Notes: generated by a model not told the origin, from the letters alone. 64,000 nucleotides of DNA from an uncultured Chlamydiae bacterium (GCA_963830365.1 CAWHMU010000021.1:1-64000); one strand, 5' to 3'; counted from the first letter of the stretch, positions 20,148 through 30,779 are shown. A program made the numbers and translations.

Positions 20148-21554
20148 TTACAAACCTTCGGCGTTGCGGGCCGACAGCCTTTCGCCGGCCAGGATTTTTA
20201 GAAAAATACGTGTCTCGGCAATCACGGCGCCGGAGAGCGCGCACAAACCTATAAGGTTGGGAATGGCCATCAGACCGTTGCAGATGTCAGAGATTTTCCA
20301 TACCACATCCAATTCCAGTACCGCCCCCGGAATGACGACCAGCGTAAAGACTATGCGATAGAATGGCACCAAGCGCGTGCCAAAAAGATATTCAATACAT
20401 TTCTCCCCGTAATACGCCCAGCCAAGCAAAGTCGTAAAGGCAAACAGCACCAGGCCTACCGTGACCACATAGCCGCCCCAAGGAAATACCGATTGAAAGG
20501 CCGCGAGCGTCAAGGAAGCACCATTGATTATCTTACCATTGATATCGACCGAACCAAAGACATTCGTAACCGCCAGCACAAGACCTGTAGCACTGCACAT
20601 GATGATGGTGGCAAGAAAACAGCCGGTCATGGAAACCAGCGCCTGCCGGCCAGGGAAGTCAGTCTTGGCTGCCGCGGCCGCGATGGACGCCGTGCCAAGC
20701 CCGGCCTCGCTGGTCATCAGTCCTCGACTGATACCCACTTGGATGGCGAGCACCACACTGGAGCCTAAAAATCCCCCTACGGCTGCCTGACCGCTAAAGG
20801 CCGCTTCGAAAATTGTCAGCAGGGCATGCGGAATGCGGTCATAGTGGGCGACCAAAATAGCCCCGGCCCCGCCGATATAGAGAATGGCCATCAGGGGCAC
20901 AAGCAAACTTGCCACCTTGCCGATGCTCTTGATGCCGCCAAGCAGCGTAAGTCCTGTCAGCAAAGCCACGACAATACCCGTCCACCAGGAATCAATATTG
21001 AACATGCTGCGCATCACGTCGGCCACGGAATTGGCCTGCAGCATGTTGCCTCCGCCAAAGGCGCCGATGGCGCCGAAGAGGGCGAAGCTGGCAGCCAGCC
21101 ACTTCCAACCCAATCCATTGGCGATGAAATACATAGGACCGCCGCACATCTCGCCGCGGTCGTCCGTCGTGCGGTATTTTATCGCCAGAATGGCTTCGGC
21201 ATATTTGATAGCCATGCCGATCAGCGCCGTCACCCACATCCAGAATAAGGCGCCGAAGCCGCCCACGGTAATGGCGGTAGCGACGCCTGCGATATTGCCT
21301 ATGCCTATGGTGGCGGCAAGGGCCGTCATCAGCGAGGCAAAATGGCTGATATCGCCTTCGCCGGCCTGATTCTGCTTGCCGAAGACCAGTTTAAGGGCAT
21401 AGCCAAGATAGCGGAATTGCAGCCCTTTGAGCGCAATCGTCAAATAGATGCCAATGCCCATGAGAAGTATGAGCAAAGGGGGCCCCCATACCCAGCTGTA
21501 GACAATGTCTAGCCCCTTCAATAGGGAAATATAAAAATCAGAAGATGACGCCAT
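20148..21554 (-). CDS. Sodium:alanine/glycine symporter (AGCS family)
   Basis: LAATIGIGNIAGVA, FWMW, GGPMY and SEAGLG motifs. Confidence 0.93.
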   Translation of the reverse strand: MASSSDFYISLLKGLDIVYSWVWGPPLLILLMGIGIYLTIALKGLQFRYLGYALKLVFGKQNQAGEGDISHFASLMTALAATIGIGNIAGVATAITVGGFGALFWMWVTALIGMAIKYAEAILAIKYRTTDDRGEMCGGPMYFIANGLGWKWLAASFALFGAIGAFGGGNMLQANSVADVMRSMFNIDSWWTGIVVALLTGLTLLGGIKSIGKVASLLVPLMAILYIGGAGAILVAHYDRIPHALLTIFEAAFSGQAAVGGFLGSSVVLAIQVGISRGLMTSEAGLGTASIAAAAAKTDFPGRQALVSMTGCFLATIIMCSATGLVLAVTNVFGSVDINGKIINGASLTLAAFQSVFPWGGYVVTVGLVLFAFTTLLGWAYYGEKCIEYLFGTRLVPFYRIVFTLVVIPGAVLELDVVWKISDICNGLMAIPNLIGLCALSGAVIAETRIFLKILAGERLSARNAEGL

Positions 21555-21557
21555 GCT

Positions 21558-22949
21558 TTATGTTTTTTTAAATACCTTAATTTTTTCAGAGGCTTGTTCC
21601 TGATGCACAACTTGTAAAAACAGGCGTGTTTCGGCTGCAATGACCCCCGAAAGGGCCAGCAGCGCTATCAAATTCGGAATCACCATCAGACCATTCATGA
21701 TGTCCGCCAGATGCCAGGCCACTTCCATTTTCAACGCGGCGCCCGGAATGACGATCAGCGCAAAGATGCAACGATAGATGATGATGGCGCGTTCGCCAAA
21801 TAAATATTCAAAGCACTTCTCACCATAGTAGGCCCAGGCAATGACGGTAGAAAAGGCAAACAGGATCAGCCCGATCGAAACGAGATACGCCCCTCCCGGC
21901 AAGGTGGAATTAAAGGCTTGAATAGCCATCTTGGCGCCACTGACGGCTTTGCCGTTAGCCGCCGTCTGGCCAAGTACATTCGTGACGGCCAGCACAAGAC
22001 CTGTAATCGAACATACAATGACTGTCGACATCAACGCCCCCGTCATGGTAATCATAGCCTGGCGTCCGGGACAATCCGTCTTGGCCGCCGCCGCCGCCAT
22101 CGACGATATACCCATGCCGGCCTCATTGGAAAATATGCTCCGCGATACGCCCATCTGGATGGACATCATCACACTGGCTCCCAAAAAGCCGCCCACCGCC
22201 GCCTGTCCTTGAAAGGCACTTTTGATAATCAAGGCAAACGCTTCCGGCAACTTATCGATATGCAGCGCGATGATGATCAGGCCGGCGCCGAGATAAAAAA
22301 CCGCCATTACCGGCACCAAGACGCCGGCCACATGACCGATGCTCTTGACGCCGCCCAAGATGACAAGACCTGTCAATGCCGCCAATACTACCCCGGTAAT
22401 CCAGGGATCTATCGACCAGACGCTGTCCACGGCTTCGGCGATGGCGTTCACCTGTACCAGATTGCCCGTGCCGATGGCCGCCACGGCCCCGAAAATGGCA
22501 AAAAGCACGGCCATCCATTTCCAGCCCAGCCCCTTCTCAATATACTGCATCGGACCGCCCATCATCTCGCCGCGCGCATCCAACTGGCGATACTTCACCG
22601 CCAATAGCGATTCGGCATACTTGGTGGCCATGCCTAGAAAAGCCGTCACCCACATCCAGAACATCGATCCCAGGCCGCCGGCGGTGATGGCTGTGGCCAC
22701 TCCGACAATGGTGCCGGTGCCGATGGCGCCGGCAAGCGATGTCATCAAAGCTTCAAACTGGCTGATATCGCCTGCAGCATTGACTTTGGAAGGTGTAAAA
22801 GCCTGCTTCAAGGCGTAGCCTAGATAACGGAATTGCATGCCGCGCAAAAGCACCGTCAAATACAGCCCCGTACCGGCCAATAACAGCAAAAGAGGTGGGC
22901 TCCAGATCCAATTCTTAATTTCACCCAGTATTTGATCGTATTGCTCCAT
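21558..22949 (-). CDS. Sodium:alanine/glycine symporter (AGCS family), tandem paralog
   Basis: LAGAIGTGTIVGVA, GGPMQY, FSNEAGMG motifs; start taken at MEQYDQ. Confidence 0.93.
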   Translation of the reverse strand: MEQYDQILGEIKNWIWSPPLLLLLAGTGLYLTVLLRGMQFRYLGYALKQAFTPSKVNAAGDISQFEALMTSLAGAIGTGTIVGVATAITAGGLGSMFWMWVTAFLGMATKYAESLLAVKYRQLDARGEMMGGPMQYIEKGLGWKWMAVLFAIFGAVAAIGTGNLVQVNAIAEAVDSVWSIDPWITGVVLAALTGLVILGGVKSIGHVAGVLVPVMAVFYLGAGLIIIALHIDKLPEAFALIIKSAFQGQAAVGGFLGASVMMSIQMGVSRSIFSNEAGMGISSMAAAAAKTDCPGRQAMITMTGALMSTVIVCSITGLVLAVTNVLGQTAANGKAVSGAKMAIQAFNSTLPGGAYLVSIGLILFAFSTVIAWAYYGEKCFEYLFGERAIIIYRCIFALIVIPGAALKMEVAWHLADIMNGLMVIPNLIALLALSGVIAAETRLFLQVVHQEQASEKIKVFKKT

Positions 22950-23167
22950 GCCGCTCCATGCCTTGAATTTTCGGTGTATAACACGCCAAGTGTAGCTCAA
23001 AAGACAGGTTTCTGAGAAGTCCTTTTTATCAAGCCAACCTTCCATATATGGCTTGACAGGGTAGAGTCTTTTCTCTCGGTATGCTTAGTTTATATTGAAT
23101 TAAAGTTAGGCTTCGGCTAGATTGCTCTCTTTTTAACCGGATTAACATCAACAAATGAGGTTTTATT

Positions 23168-23746
23168 ATGACAAATCCTATTAGCAATTCTACAATACCC
23201 ACCATCGAAGTGCCAGCAGCAGGCTGGTGGACTACCGGTACTGAAGCTGTGTCTTCAGCGATATCTTCTATCGGCGGAAAAATCAGCAATGCGGCTCATA
23301 GCACGCTTAACGCGATGAATGACGGCGCCAATTACGTCGGCGAAAGCTGCAGCGCTCTGAAAGGCCGTGTGGTTGACTTTGCAGCCTCTGTTAGATCACA
23401 TGAATATCTCAAAGGCTCCTTTGACAATCTCGCCGTGGTGATGCCTTTTGTTGGCGGTGCTGCTGCCGGCGCGCTTTCTACCCACGCAGTAATCAACCTC
23501 GCTAAAGCCGTCCATAGCAAAAATGATGTGCAAAAAAATGACCTGATCAAGCTTGCCGCAGCCGTGGCTTTTGCTAGTGTTAGCTATGCTGCAGCTGGCG
23601 ATGATCAAGTTAAGACCTTGGCCATCAGCGCCACGGCCACAGCCGTCCTGACCGGTCTTGCCGTCACATTTAAAGACTCGATCAGCTCCAATTTTCAAGC
23701 GCTGAAGGATAGATTCTCATCAGACAAATCTGCAAAGATTGCCTAG
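23168..23746 (+). CDS. Hypothetical putative secreted protein (Ala/Ser-rich with hydrophobic C-half)
   Basis: GAGG RBS; paralog of 24228..24950. Confidence 0.7.
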   Translation: MTNPISNSTIPTIEVPAAGWWTTGTEAVSSAISSIGGKISNAAHSTLNAMNDGANYVGESCSALKGRVVDFAASVRSHEYLKGSFDNLAVVMPFVGGAAAGALSTHAVINLAKAVHSKNDVQKNDLIKLAAAVAFASVSYAAAGDDQVKTLAISATATAVLTGLAVTFKDSISSNFQALKDRFSSDKSAKIA

Positions 23747-23774
23747 TACATAGCAGAATTAATTCGATTGATCC

Positions 23775-23812
23775 AAGGGTTGAAGGGGCTGATTGCCCCT
23801 TCAACCCTTTTT
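23775..23812 (+). terminator. Intrinsic terminator
   Basis: AAGGGTTGAAGGGGC-TGATT-GCCCCTTCAACCCTT-TTT. Confidence 0.8.
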
Positions 23813-24227
23813 CATTTCATTCCGTCAAATGCAGGCCCGCACCCATTTCATGGGTGCGGGCCAACCTATTGCAAAAGTATTTTAGATCATCATTACGCAG
23901 TTTTTATAAAAAAAATTAAGCATAGCCTAGTTTACGAGGAAGCTCTACTCTGTCCATTTTTGAACAAGCTAGCGCATTTTAAAAAAAATCAATACTGATT
24001 TATAAAATCTTAATATTCGTATGCTATACTCATTTCATAAAACGATAGCTTGGCGCGACAAATGCAACTTGCCTGAACTTGAGGCCATGCTATAGTCGCC
24101 AGTCTTTAGTGAATATATTTATTTTTATTGAATTAAATATGATACATGCGTTAAACTTTTTTAAACAAATTAAACTAATTTAAATATTAGCTAAATAAAT
24201 TAACCAAAACATAAAAAAAGGTTTTAA

Positions 24228-24950
24228 ATGACTAACATCACTAATTATACTAGTCTCTTAAATTTTAATCATACCGCAGGTTTTTGCTCAATCCACGAAG
24301 CCCCAAAAGCCAGCTTCTGGTCCATGGGTGCAGACTGGCTGTCTGCTATCGGCACAAAAGCCAACGGTGCTGCACAGTCAGCCTTTGCCTCAATCGGTGA
24401 CGCTGCCCAAACCGTCCGCGAAAAAGCCGGTGAAGCTGCCACAGTCGTCAGTGAAAAATTCGGTAATGCTACCGAAGCTACACTAACATCGCTGAAAGGT
24501 GCTAAAGATTATATGGCATCGACATTCGAAGCCGGTGCAAATGCCACCAGCACACATTATACAAACCTGAAAGGGCGTGTTTCAGAATTTGCCGCCGATG
24601 TTAAATCGAACGAGAAAGTACAAGCATTCCTTAACAACAGCTATGTAAAAGGCACCATCGAGACTGTCGCTCCTGTGCTGCCATTTGTTGGCGGCGGCAT
24701 TGCCGGCGCACTTTCAGCCAATGCCGTGATTAACCTGGCCAAAACTGGCACAAACAAACTGAGAGCCATGGCAAAACTTGCTACCGGCGTTGCGATCGGT
24801 GCCGTGTGCTATGCAAATAGTACTGATGAACAGGTAAAGACCTTGGCCATCACTACCGCCGCCGGCGCTGCGCTGTCAGCACTCAAGTCCGTGTTGCTAG
24901 CATCAGCCAAGCCTAGTTTTCAATCATTGAAAGCAAACAAGATTGCCTAA
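24228..24950 (+). CDS. Hypothetical putative secreted protein, paralog
   Basis: Shares LKGRV..FAA.V.S and PFVGG..AGALS..AVINLAK with 23168..23746. Confidence 0.7.
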   Translation: MTNITNYTSLLNFNHTAGFCSIHEAPKASFWSMGADWLSAIGTKANGAAQSAFASIGDAAQTVREKAGEAATVVSEKFGNATEATLTSLKGAKDYMASTFEAGANATSTHYTNLKGRVSEFAADVKSNEKVQAFLNNSYVKGTIETVAPVLPFVGGGIAGALSANAVINLAKTGTNKLRAMAKLATGVAIGAVCYANSTDEQVKTLAITTAAGAALSALKSVLLASAKPSFQSLKANKIA

Positions 24951-24980
24951 ATTTCAAGGTAGTCCAATTAAGTCAATGCC

Positions 24981-25017
24981 AGGATTGAAGGAGCAGTATG
25001 CTCCTTCAATCCTTCTT
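24981..25017 (+). terminator. Intrinsic terminator
   Basis: AGGATTGAAGGAGCA-GTA-TGCTCCTTCAATCCT, similar to the 23775 hairpin. Confidence 0.75.
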
Positions 25018-25125
25018 CATTTACGCATCCCTTTACTTTTCTCTCAATATTTCAATAAATTCGTGACAGCCAAATAAGCGCCTGCTAAGTTCCCGAATTA
25101 GCTATAATTTTTTTGGAGATTTTCT

Positions 25126-25551
25126 ATGAGCTTTGGAATTATGCCATCAAATATTATCCCCTCGGCAGCTGAAATACGAGAAACTCTCAACCACGTGCAT
25201 GACAATTTCAATGCTTTGGCCATGCTAGCTTCTCCTTTAAGAGATGCTGCCAAAACGTTAACTTCCCAATTAGTCTCAAGCGTCACTTCGCATATCTTTG
25301 CTCCCCCAATAGCCGGTGCTTTGGGTGGTTACCTCGCCGCTCAGGGCCTGATATATAGTTCCTGGATTTCGCGCAGTGCCGGTTTGGGACTGGCTGCCGG
25401 CGCCTGCTTGATCACCTCCTCGGAAGACGAACAAGAAAAACCCTTCACTCAGGCCCTGGAGGGCATCGCTTTGGGCATCATCTACGGATTGGGTAAAGCC
25501 CTCATCGACAGAAGCAGGTGTCCGAGAAAAATCTGTCCTTTTAATAGGTAA
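25126..25551 (+). CDS. Hypothetical membrane protein, possibly a distant member of the same family
   Basis: GGAGA RBS; Gly/Ala-rich hydrophobic segments (PIAGALGGYLAA). Confidence 0.55.
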   Translation: MSFGIMPSNIIPSAAEIRETLNHVHDNFNALAMLASPLRDAAKTLTSQLVSSVTSHIFAPPIAGALGGYLAAQGLIYSSWISRSAGLGLAAGACLITSSEDEQEKPFTQALEGIALGIIYGLGKALIDRSRCPRKICPFNR

Positions 25552-25668
25552 AAACAGCCCCAGGCCATGCATTTTATTTGCGCGCAATCGCTGATCGGTT
25601 ATTATAAAGCTGTGATAGGCTAATTTTTGCAGCGATTCTGAATTTATTTTCCCTACTGCGAGGTTTTT

Positions 25669-26817
25669 ATGCAGGAAAACAAGGCCCCACTTTTACTTGC
25701 GCACTATAAGGCCAGCCATTCTTTTGAAGAGACATTGAATAGCATCGAAACCTTCGTCGCCAAGCAAGACGGCAGCAACTTAAATATCTGCCTGGCGACC
25801 CCCTTTTCATTCATTGAGCCGCTAATACAGCATTTTGCTGATAAAAAAGTGACTGTCGGCGCCGAACACCTGCTCAGCGTGGCAGAGGGAAGTTTCACGG
25901 CCTCTATTGCCGGCAGCATGCTTACAGAGGCCGGCGCGCAATTTGTGCTTATCGGTTCAAATGATGAACGCCGCGACAGCAGTTTCCAGATAGCAGCGCT
26001 TAAAAGCAAGCTGCAGAGAGCTTTATCTGCCGGCTTACGCCCCATCCTCTGCATCGGCGAGACCGAAGAAGAATTCCATAACGACGCCTCGCACACCGTT
26101 TTAACAAAGCAGCTGACTGAATCCTTAGCCGACATGCCGCCCGAAGAGCTTGCTAAGCTATCTCTGCTTTATGATGCCGCCTGGATCAATCGCATCCCAT
26201 GGGAAGCGTCCAATCCAGCGTTGCAAAAGGCCTATAAAACTTTTAACGACATCCTAGCCGCCACATTTACTCCAGAAGTTTTGCCCCATATTAAAGTCAT
26301 GTATGCTGTCCCAACCTACAGCAGCGAGCTGCCCCAAGTCATCGCCGCCCTGCCGGCGGCCGGTTACTCACTAGGGGAACTAAATGCCGCTGGCCAGCTG
26401 AACATCGCTTCCCTGCCGCCAGTAGTCTATCAACCTGTGCCTGCCGCGACAATCCCCTCACCAACCGTCAGCCGGACACCGCCCATTGAAAGACCTACCG
26501 CCAAAGAAGAGCCGCCGGCAATGACCCTAGAGGAGGGCCTGCCGCCTGAGTCTGCCATCAGTGAAGATCCCATGCTGCCGGCTGATGAGCTGCCCGCTCC
26601 ACCAAAAAAAGTAAGAAGAAGCAGAAAAAAAACGGCTGCCCCAACCCCTGAAGATGCCCCTGTCGAAACTGAAACCGCCAAAGAAGTGCTGCCGGCTGAT
26701 AAGCTGCCCGCTCCACCAAAAAAAGTAAGAAGAAGCAGAAAAAAAACGGATGCGCCAACCACTGAAGATGCCCCTGCCGAAACTGAAACCGGTCAAGAGC
26801 TAGATAAAAACCCGTAA
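25669..26817 (+). CDS. Triosephosphate-isomerase-like protein with degenerate active site and Pro/Lys/Arg-rich repeat tail
   Basis: GSFTASI, VLIGSNDERR, PILCIGET and LYDAAW resemble TIM; 2 x 114-bp repeat containing PPKKVRRSRKK. Confidence 0.8.
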   Translation: MQENKAPLLLAHYKASHSFEETLNSIETFVAKQDGSNLNICLATPFSFIEPLIQHFADKKVTVGAEHLLSVAEGSFTASIAGSMLTEAGAQFVLIGSNDERRDSSFQIAALKSKLQRALSAGLRPILCIGETEEEFHNDASHTVLTKQLTESLADMPPEELAKLSLLYDAAWINRIPWEASNPALQKAYKTFNDILAATFTPEVLPHIKVMYAVPTYSSELPQVIAALPAAGYSLGELNAAGQLNIASLPPVVYQPVPAATIPSPTVSRTPPIERPTAKEEPPAMTLEEGLPPESAISEDPMLPADELPAPPKKVRRSRKKTAAPTPEDAPVETETAKEVLPADKLPAPPKKVRRSRKKTDAPTTEDAPAETETGQELDKNP

Positions 26818-27091
26818 TTTTGCTTTAATTTTTAGGCTTATTCCGTTGCGACTTTGCACTTTTCCAAACAACAAGGCGTACAACATTTATTATCGTTGCG
26901 TTATACCGTGTTAGGTTGCCGCTTTGCGTTGAATCGAATGCACAATCTTATGATCCAAAGACCATAGTTTTCCTGTTCTAGAAAGGTTCCATAATGATTT
27001 AAATACACAAATTTGCTAATGTTCTACTCTTCCCCCCCTGTTATGCCACATGAGGGCCGGATTAAACTGAATTGAAGATGCACTAAAGCCT

Positions 27092-28144
27092 ATGCCTAAA
27101 GATTCCGCCTTCAACGCCATCGATATTGAAACCCTGCCTTCACCGGCAACTCTAAGACAGCAGCTGCCTGCCACGCACCAGCAACTGGCATTCATAAGGG
27201 ATGCGCGCTCACAAATCGCCCGCATCCTAAGCGGCCAAGACCCACGCCTGCTATTGATTGTCGGACCTTGCTCCATTCACGATCTGCCCTCAGCAAAGGA
27301 ATATGCTCTCAGATTGCAAAGCCTAAACCAGCGCTTTGCCGGCACGTTTCTCATCGTCATGCGCACCTATTTTGAAAAACCGCGCACGGTGCGTGGCTGG
27401 AAAGGCATGCTCTATGACCCTCATCTGGATGGCACAAATGATATGGCCTACGGCTTACGCCAGGCGCGCCAATTATTGCTCAGCCTTACCGATATGCAGA
27501 TAGCTGCCGCCACGGAATTCTTAGATCCCGTCACTCCCCGCTACTTTGGAGACCTCATCTCATGGGCCTGCATCGGGGCGCGCACCGTCGAATCGCAAGT
27601 CCATCGCCAGCTGGCCTCAGGCCTCGCCATGCCGGTAGCTTTTAAAAACAGCACTTCAGGCAATATCGAAGTGGCCCTCAACAGCATCCTATCTGCCACC
27701 CTCCCTCATGCCTTTTTTGGCACCGACAATAGTGGCCATATCGCCATCATGCGCACACAGGGCAATCCGCATGCCCACCTGGTCTTGCGCGGAGGGGAAA
27801 GCAAGCCCAACTACGATCCCCAGTCCATTGCCACCATCTTGGCACAGCTGGAGGAGGCAGCATTACCCCAACAGATCGTCGTCGACTGCTCCCATGACAA
27901 CTCATGCCGCAACTATGAAGCACAAACGACCGTTTTCAAATCTGTCATCGAACAGCACTTGCAAGGCAACACCGCCATCCGCGGACTTGCGCTGGAAAGC
28001 CACCTCTTTGCCGGCAGCCAGCACCTTTCAGCCGATAATTCCAAACTGCAATATGCTGTCTCGTTAACCGACCCCTGCCTGGATTGGGCTGCCACCGAAG
28101 CCCTGATCGGCTGGGCCGCCAGCCGGCTGGAAAACAAGGGTTAG
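27092..28144 (+). CDS. 3-deoxy-7-phosphoheptulonate (DAHP) synthase, class I-alpha (AroF/G/H type)
   Basis: VGPCSIHD, YFEKPRT, IGART.ESQ.HR, DCSH and TDPCL motifs. Confidence 0.95.
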   Translation: MPKDSAFNAIDIETLPSPATLRQQLPATHQQLAFIRDARSQIARILSGQDPRLLLIVGPCSIHDLPSAKEYALRLQSLNQRFAGTFLIVMRTYFEKPRTVRGWKGMLYDPHLDGTNDMAYGLRQARQLLLSLTDMQIAAATEFLDPVTPRYFGDLISWACIGARTVESQVHRQLASGLAMPVAFKNSTSGNIEVALNSILSATLPHAFFGTDNSGHIAIMRTQGNPHAHLVLRGGESKPNYDPQSIATILAQLEEAALPQQIVVDCSHDNSCRNYEAQTTVFKSVIEQHLQGNTAIRGLALESHLFAGSQHLSADNSKLQYAVSLTDPCLDWAATEALIGWAASRLENKG

Positions 28145-28145
28145 C

Positions 28146-28667
28146 ATGAAAGTTAAACATGGCCTTATGACCCCCTTTTCATCATGGCTGCTGGCCCTTT
28201 TTATGCTGTCGGGATGCAGCCAGCCATTCCTCACGGTCCATACCGACTACCTAAGCCATGAAAACCTTGCCAGCTACCATGTCAGAACCCCTGATCCGCT
28301 GCTAAATCATCCTCCCATCGGTCAACGCCTGATTGTCACCTGGTCCATCCCCAAAAATTACCTCGCCTTTGATGACCTGCATCTGGAAATCTCCATCCGC
28401 TTCCGCAATCGGGAACAACTGGTCGAAAATCTCAGCCTTTTAAAACGCAGCGGTACATATGTGTATGCCCTCTTAAATGAGGACTACACGGCCAAACGCG
28501 GCATCCTGACTTACAAAGTGAATTTAATCGGCAATGGCCAGCCGCTGGAAGAATGGCGCCATCAGATCTGGGCAGAATTAATCGTGATGGACCAAAGTTG
28601 TGCAGCGCCGCCTGAAGAACGCGGCAGTAGGGATTCTATTTTAGAGAATGTCGATGAATTCGAATGA
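28146..28667 (+). CDS. Putative lipoprotein
   Basis: Lipobox MLSGC after a hydrophobic stretch. Confidence 0.7.
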   Translation: MKVKHGLMTPFSSWLLALFMLSGCSQPFLTVHTDYLSHENLASYHVRTPDPLLNHPPIGQRLIVTWSIPKNYLAFDDLHLEISIRFRNREQLVENLSLLKRSGTYVYALLNEDYTAKRGILTYKVNLIGNGQPLEEWRHQIWAELIVMDQSCAAPPEERGSRDSILENVDEFE

Positions 28668-28893
28668 TTCTCTAGCGAATTAATACCACGCGTTGTTAGC
28701 AAGTCCGACTTCTTTCAAATAGCAAACCTGTGCCAGACATTTTGAATTTTTACTCCACCCCAATTATGCAACTAAACCGTGAATATAAGCTTTTCAAATA
28801 TTTAATATATTGTGCTATACAGAAATTAGCATCCTGTGGCGCTTCTTTTACCTAGGTTTATGCTTCTATACCCCTTAAATGAGGATTTAGGTA

Positions 28894-30072
28894 ATGATCA
28901 TACAAGCAAACAAACCACGACCTCATCAATTGTGCTGGCTGATGGCCCTGCTGTTGTTTTTTACTCTGCCAGCTCAGGGCGTGGAAAACGCCTCAAAAGC
29001 AGATGAACAAGCCTTCTATGCCCTATCTTCCATGCGTTTCCATGTGCACGATATGGACACCAACAAGGAAATTTCTGTCCCAAGCATCACATTTGACGAC
29101 GCCGAAGTAAATCATCTATGGGCCACGATAGCTAATACCGCCCCGGCTTCTTATCAGACAGCGCTTGAGCTGGCAAAAAGTTATTACTACGCTGCCTTGG
29201 AAAAAAACACCTACAGTATAAGCGCGGCTAAACTTCTTGCCAAAACCGCGCATATTTTAGACCAGACATGGCAAGATCTAAGCATCCCACCGGCTTGCAA
29301 ACATTCAGCCGCTCACCTCGCCTCGCGGCGCCTGCTAAAAGACTTCGATCATCATAATAAGAAGAAAATCAATCCCTATCTCTTGCCTGAAAATCATCCG
29401 ATGACTGCCCCCTTAAATGCAATTTTCATGGTTTACCAAGTCCTTGATGACCTCAATACCTTTATCCAAGCCGGCTTTATCCCCTTATATTACAATGAGC
29501 CTTCAGCCTTCGTCGTGGCAAGACATCCCCTCCTTCCTGGATATATCGTCAAGGCTTATTTAGATTCCCAACAGCAGCTAAAGGATGATTTGACAGGCTT
29601 TGAAAAGCTGGCCGCCCGCTGCAAGGGTGCCGCCAACGTGCGGCATTTAATCACTAAGAAGAATCTGCACCATTTCAGCGTACCGGATAAATGGATCTAT
29701 CCGCTAGCCAATCGGCAGCCCCCCCCTGTAACCAGCGCCAAAGCCGAGGAAAACATCTCTCGGGCCGACAGACAGACGATCATCCTGCTGGAAACCGATA
29801 TGCAGCTGGTAAGCCATGCCGAGAGCCAATATGTATGGAAAAACATTGTCACGACGGAAATTCTTGATGAACTCTACTGCATTCTAAGCCACGGCTTTGC
29901 GTCCTGCAACCTCCCGCTGAATATCCCCTATACCATCAGCGGGAAATTCGCCTGCATCGATACCGAATACCCACAGAGAATCATGAAATATAGCGATATC
30001 CAGCCCTATCTCTCCGACGAAATGTATCACTACTGGACCAAGCTGGTTAAAAACGGCGGCCCTTCCTCATAA
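28894..30072 (+). CDS. Hypothetical exported protein (possible atypical kinase-like C-terminal half)
   Basis: 392-aa ORF with GAGGA RBS and signal peptide; GYIVK, VPDKWIY and NIP...FACIDTE segments. Confidence 0.6.
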   Translation: MIIQANKPRPHQLCWLMALLLFFTLPAQGVENASKADEQAFYALSSMRFHVHDMDTNKEISVPSITFDDAEVNHLWATIANTAPASYQTALELAKSYYYAALEKNTYSISAAKLLAKTAHILDQTWQDLSIPPACKHSAAHLASRRLLKDFDHHNKKKINPYLLPENHPMTAPLNAIFMVYQVLDDLNTFIQAGFIPLYYNEPSAFVVARHPLLPGYIVKAYLDSQQQLKDDLTGFEKLAARCKGAANVRHLITKKNLHHFSVPDKWIYPLANRQPPPVTSAKAEENISRADRQTIILLETDMQLVSHAESQYVWKNIVTTEILDELYCILSHGFASCNLPLNIPYTISGKFACIDTEYPQRIMKYSDIQPYLSDEMYHYWTKLVKNGGPSS

Positions 30073-30103
30073 ATTGATCAAGGGGAGCGGAATTAGGATA
30101 CTG

Positions 30104-30322
30104 GTCCAATTTCGTCCAAAAAGAAAAAAGCGGAACCCATCCGGAGTTAACCTCGTAGCGATTGCATTCAGCAGTTGTGGATGATCTATGCTGCTGCTCG
30201 CAAGCCCTGGCTGCGGACTACATAATGAGGCGGAGCGGAAGCTGAGCCGCAGGTATACAAATATGAACGCCTCATCATAAACCCCGCATGGGGTTCCCTT
30301 TTTTTATTTTGGTCGAAATTAA
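30104..30322. repeat. Palindromic intergenic element
   Basis: AATTTCGTCCAAAAGAAAAAAGCGGAACCCAT ... ATGGGTTCCCTTTTTTTATTTTGGTCGAAATT. Confidence 0.65.
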
Positions 30323-30365
30323 GCCCTCATCAGGAATTAAACCCTCAATAAGGACTCTATGGGCT

Positions 30366-30779
30366 TTATTTCGCCGTTGACGAATCCTTTGGAATTTCCT
30401 TCTTGGTAACGTCCATCACGATTTTAGTGATTCTGTCCTGCCCGCCTATATTTGTCACCGAGAGGATTGAACGGTCAGTGTAGCTGAATCGTTTGCCATC
30501 CATATTCTGTGTCACTGTTAACTCATATTGACCGGCTTTAATATTTAAGTGGTCAACATGGATGGTATTTACAAGATCAAAATATTTCCTTTTAAAGGAC
30601 TCCATGACATCTTTTATGCCCTTGGCAGTCCAATCCGTTTTTCCGTTGGTGGCGTGAATGTATTCAACATCTCTTCCTAATAGTTTTTTGAATTCAGACG
30701 GTTTCTGGGCCCAAATGGCTGTAAGATAGCGCATCACCATATGTGTGCCAGCAGTTTCTGTCGAAAAGGTCATCATCAA
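30366..30779 (-). CDS. Small hypothetical protein, NTF2/SnoaL-like
   Basis: 137 aa; pattern KKLLGRDVEY...KGIKDV followed by beta strands; AAGGAG RBS. Confidence 0.55.
   Translation of the reverse strand: MMMTFSTETAGTHMVMRYLTAIWAQKPSEFKKLLGRDVEYIHATNGKTDWTAKGIKDVMESFKRKYFDLVNTIHVDHLNIKAGQYELTVTQNMDGKRFSYTDRSILSVTNIGGQDRITKIVMDVTKKEIPKDSSTAK

Noticed and set aside
22950..23160. Glycine riboswitch upstream of the AGCS symporters
   Set aside because: No recognisable aptamer motifs
27019..27075. uORF MFYSSPPVMPHEGRIKLN upstream of DAHP synthase as an aromatic attenuator
   Set aside because: Only one Phe and one Tyr codon, no RBS and no terminator hairpin
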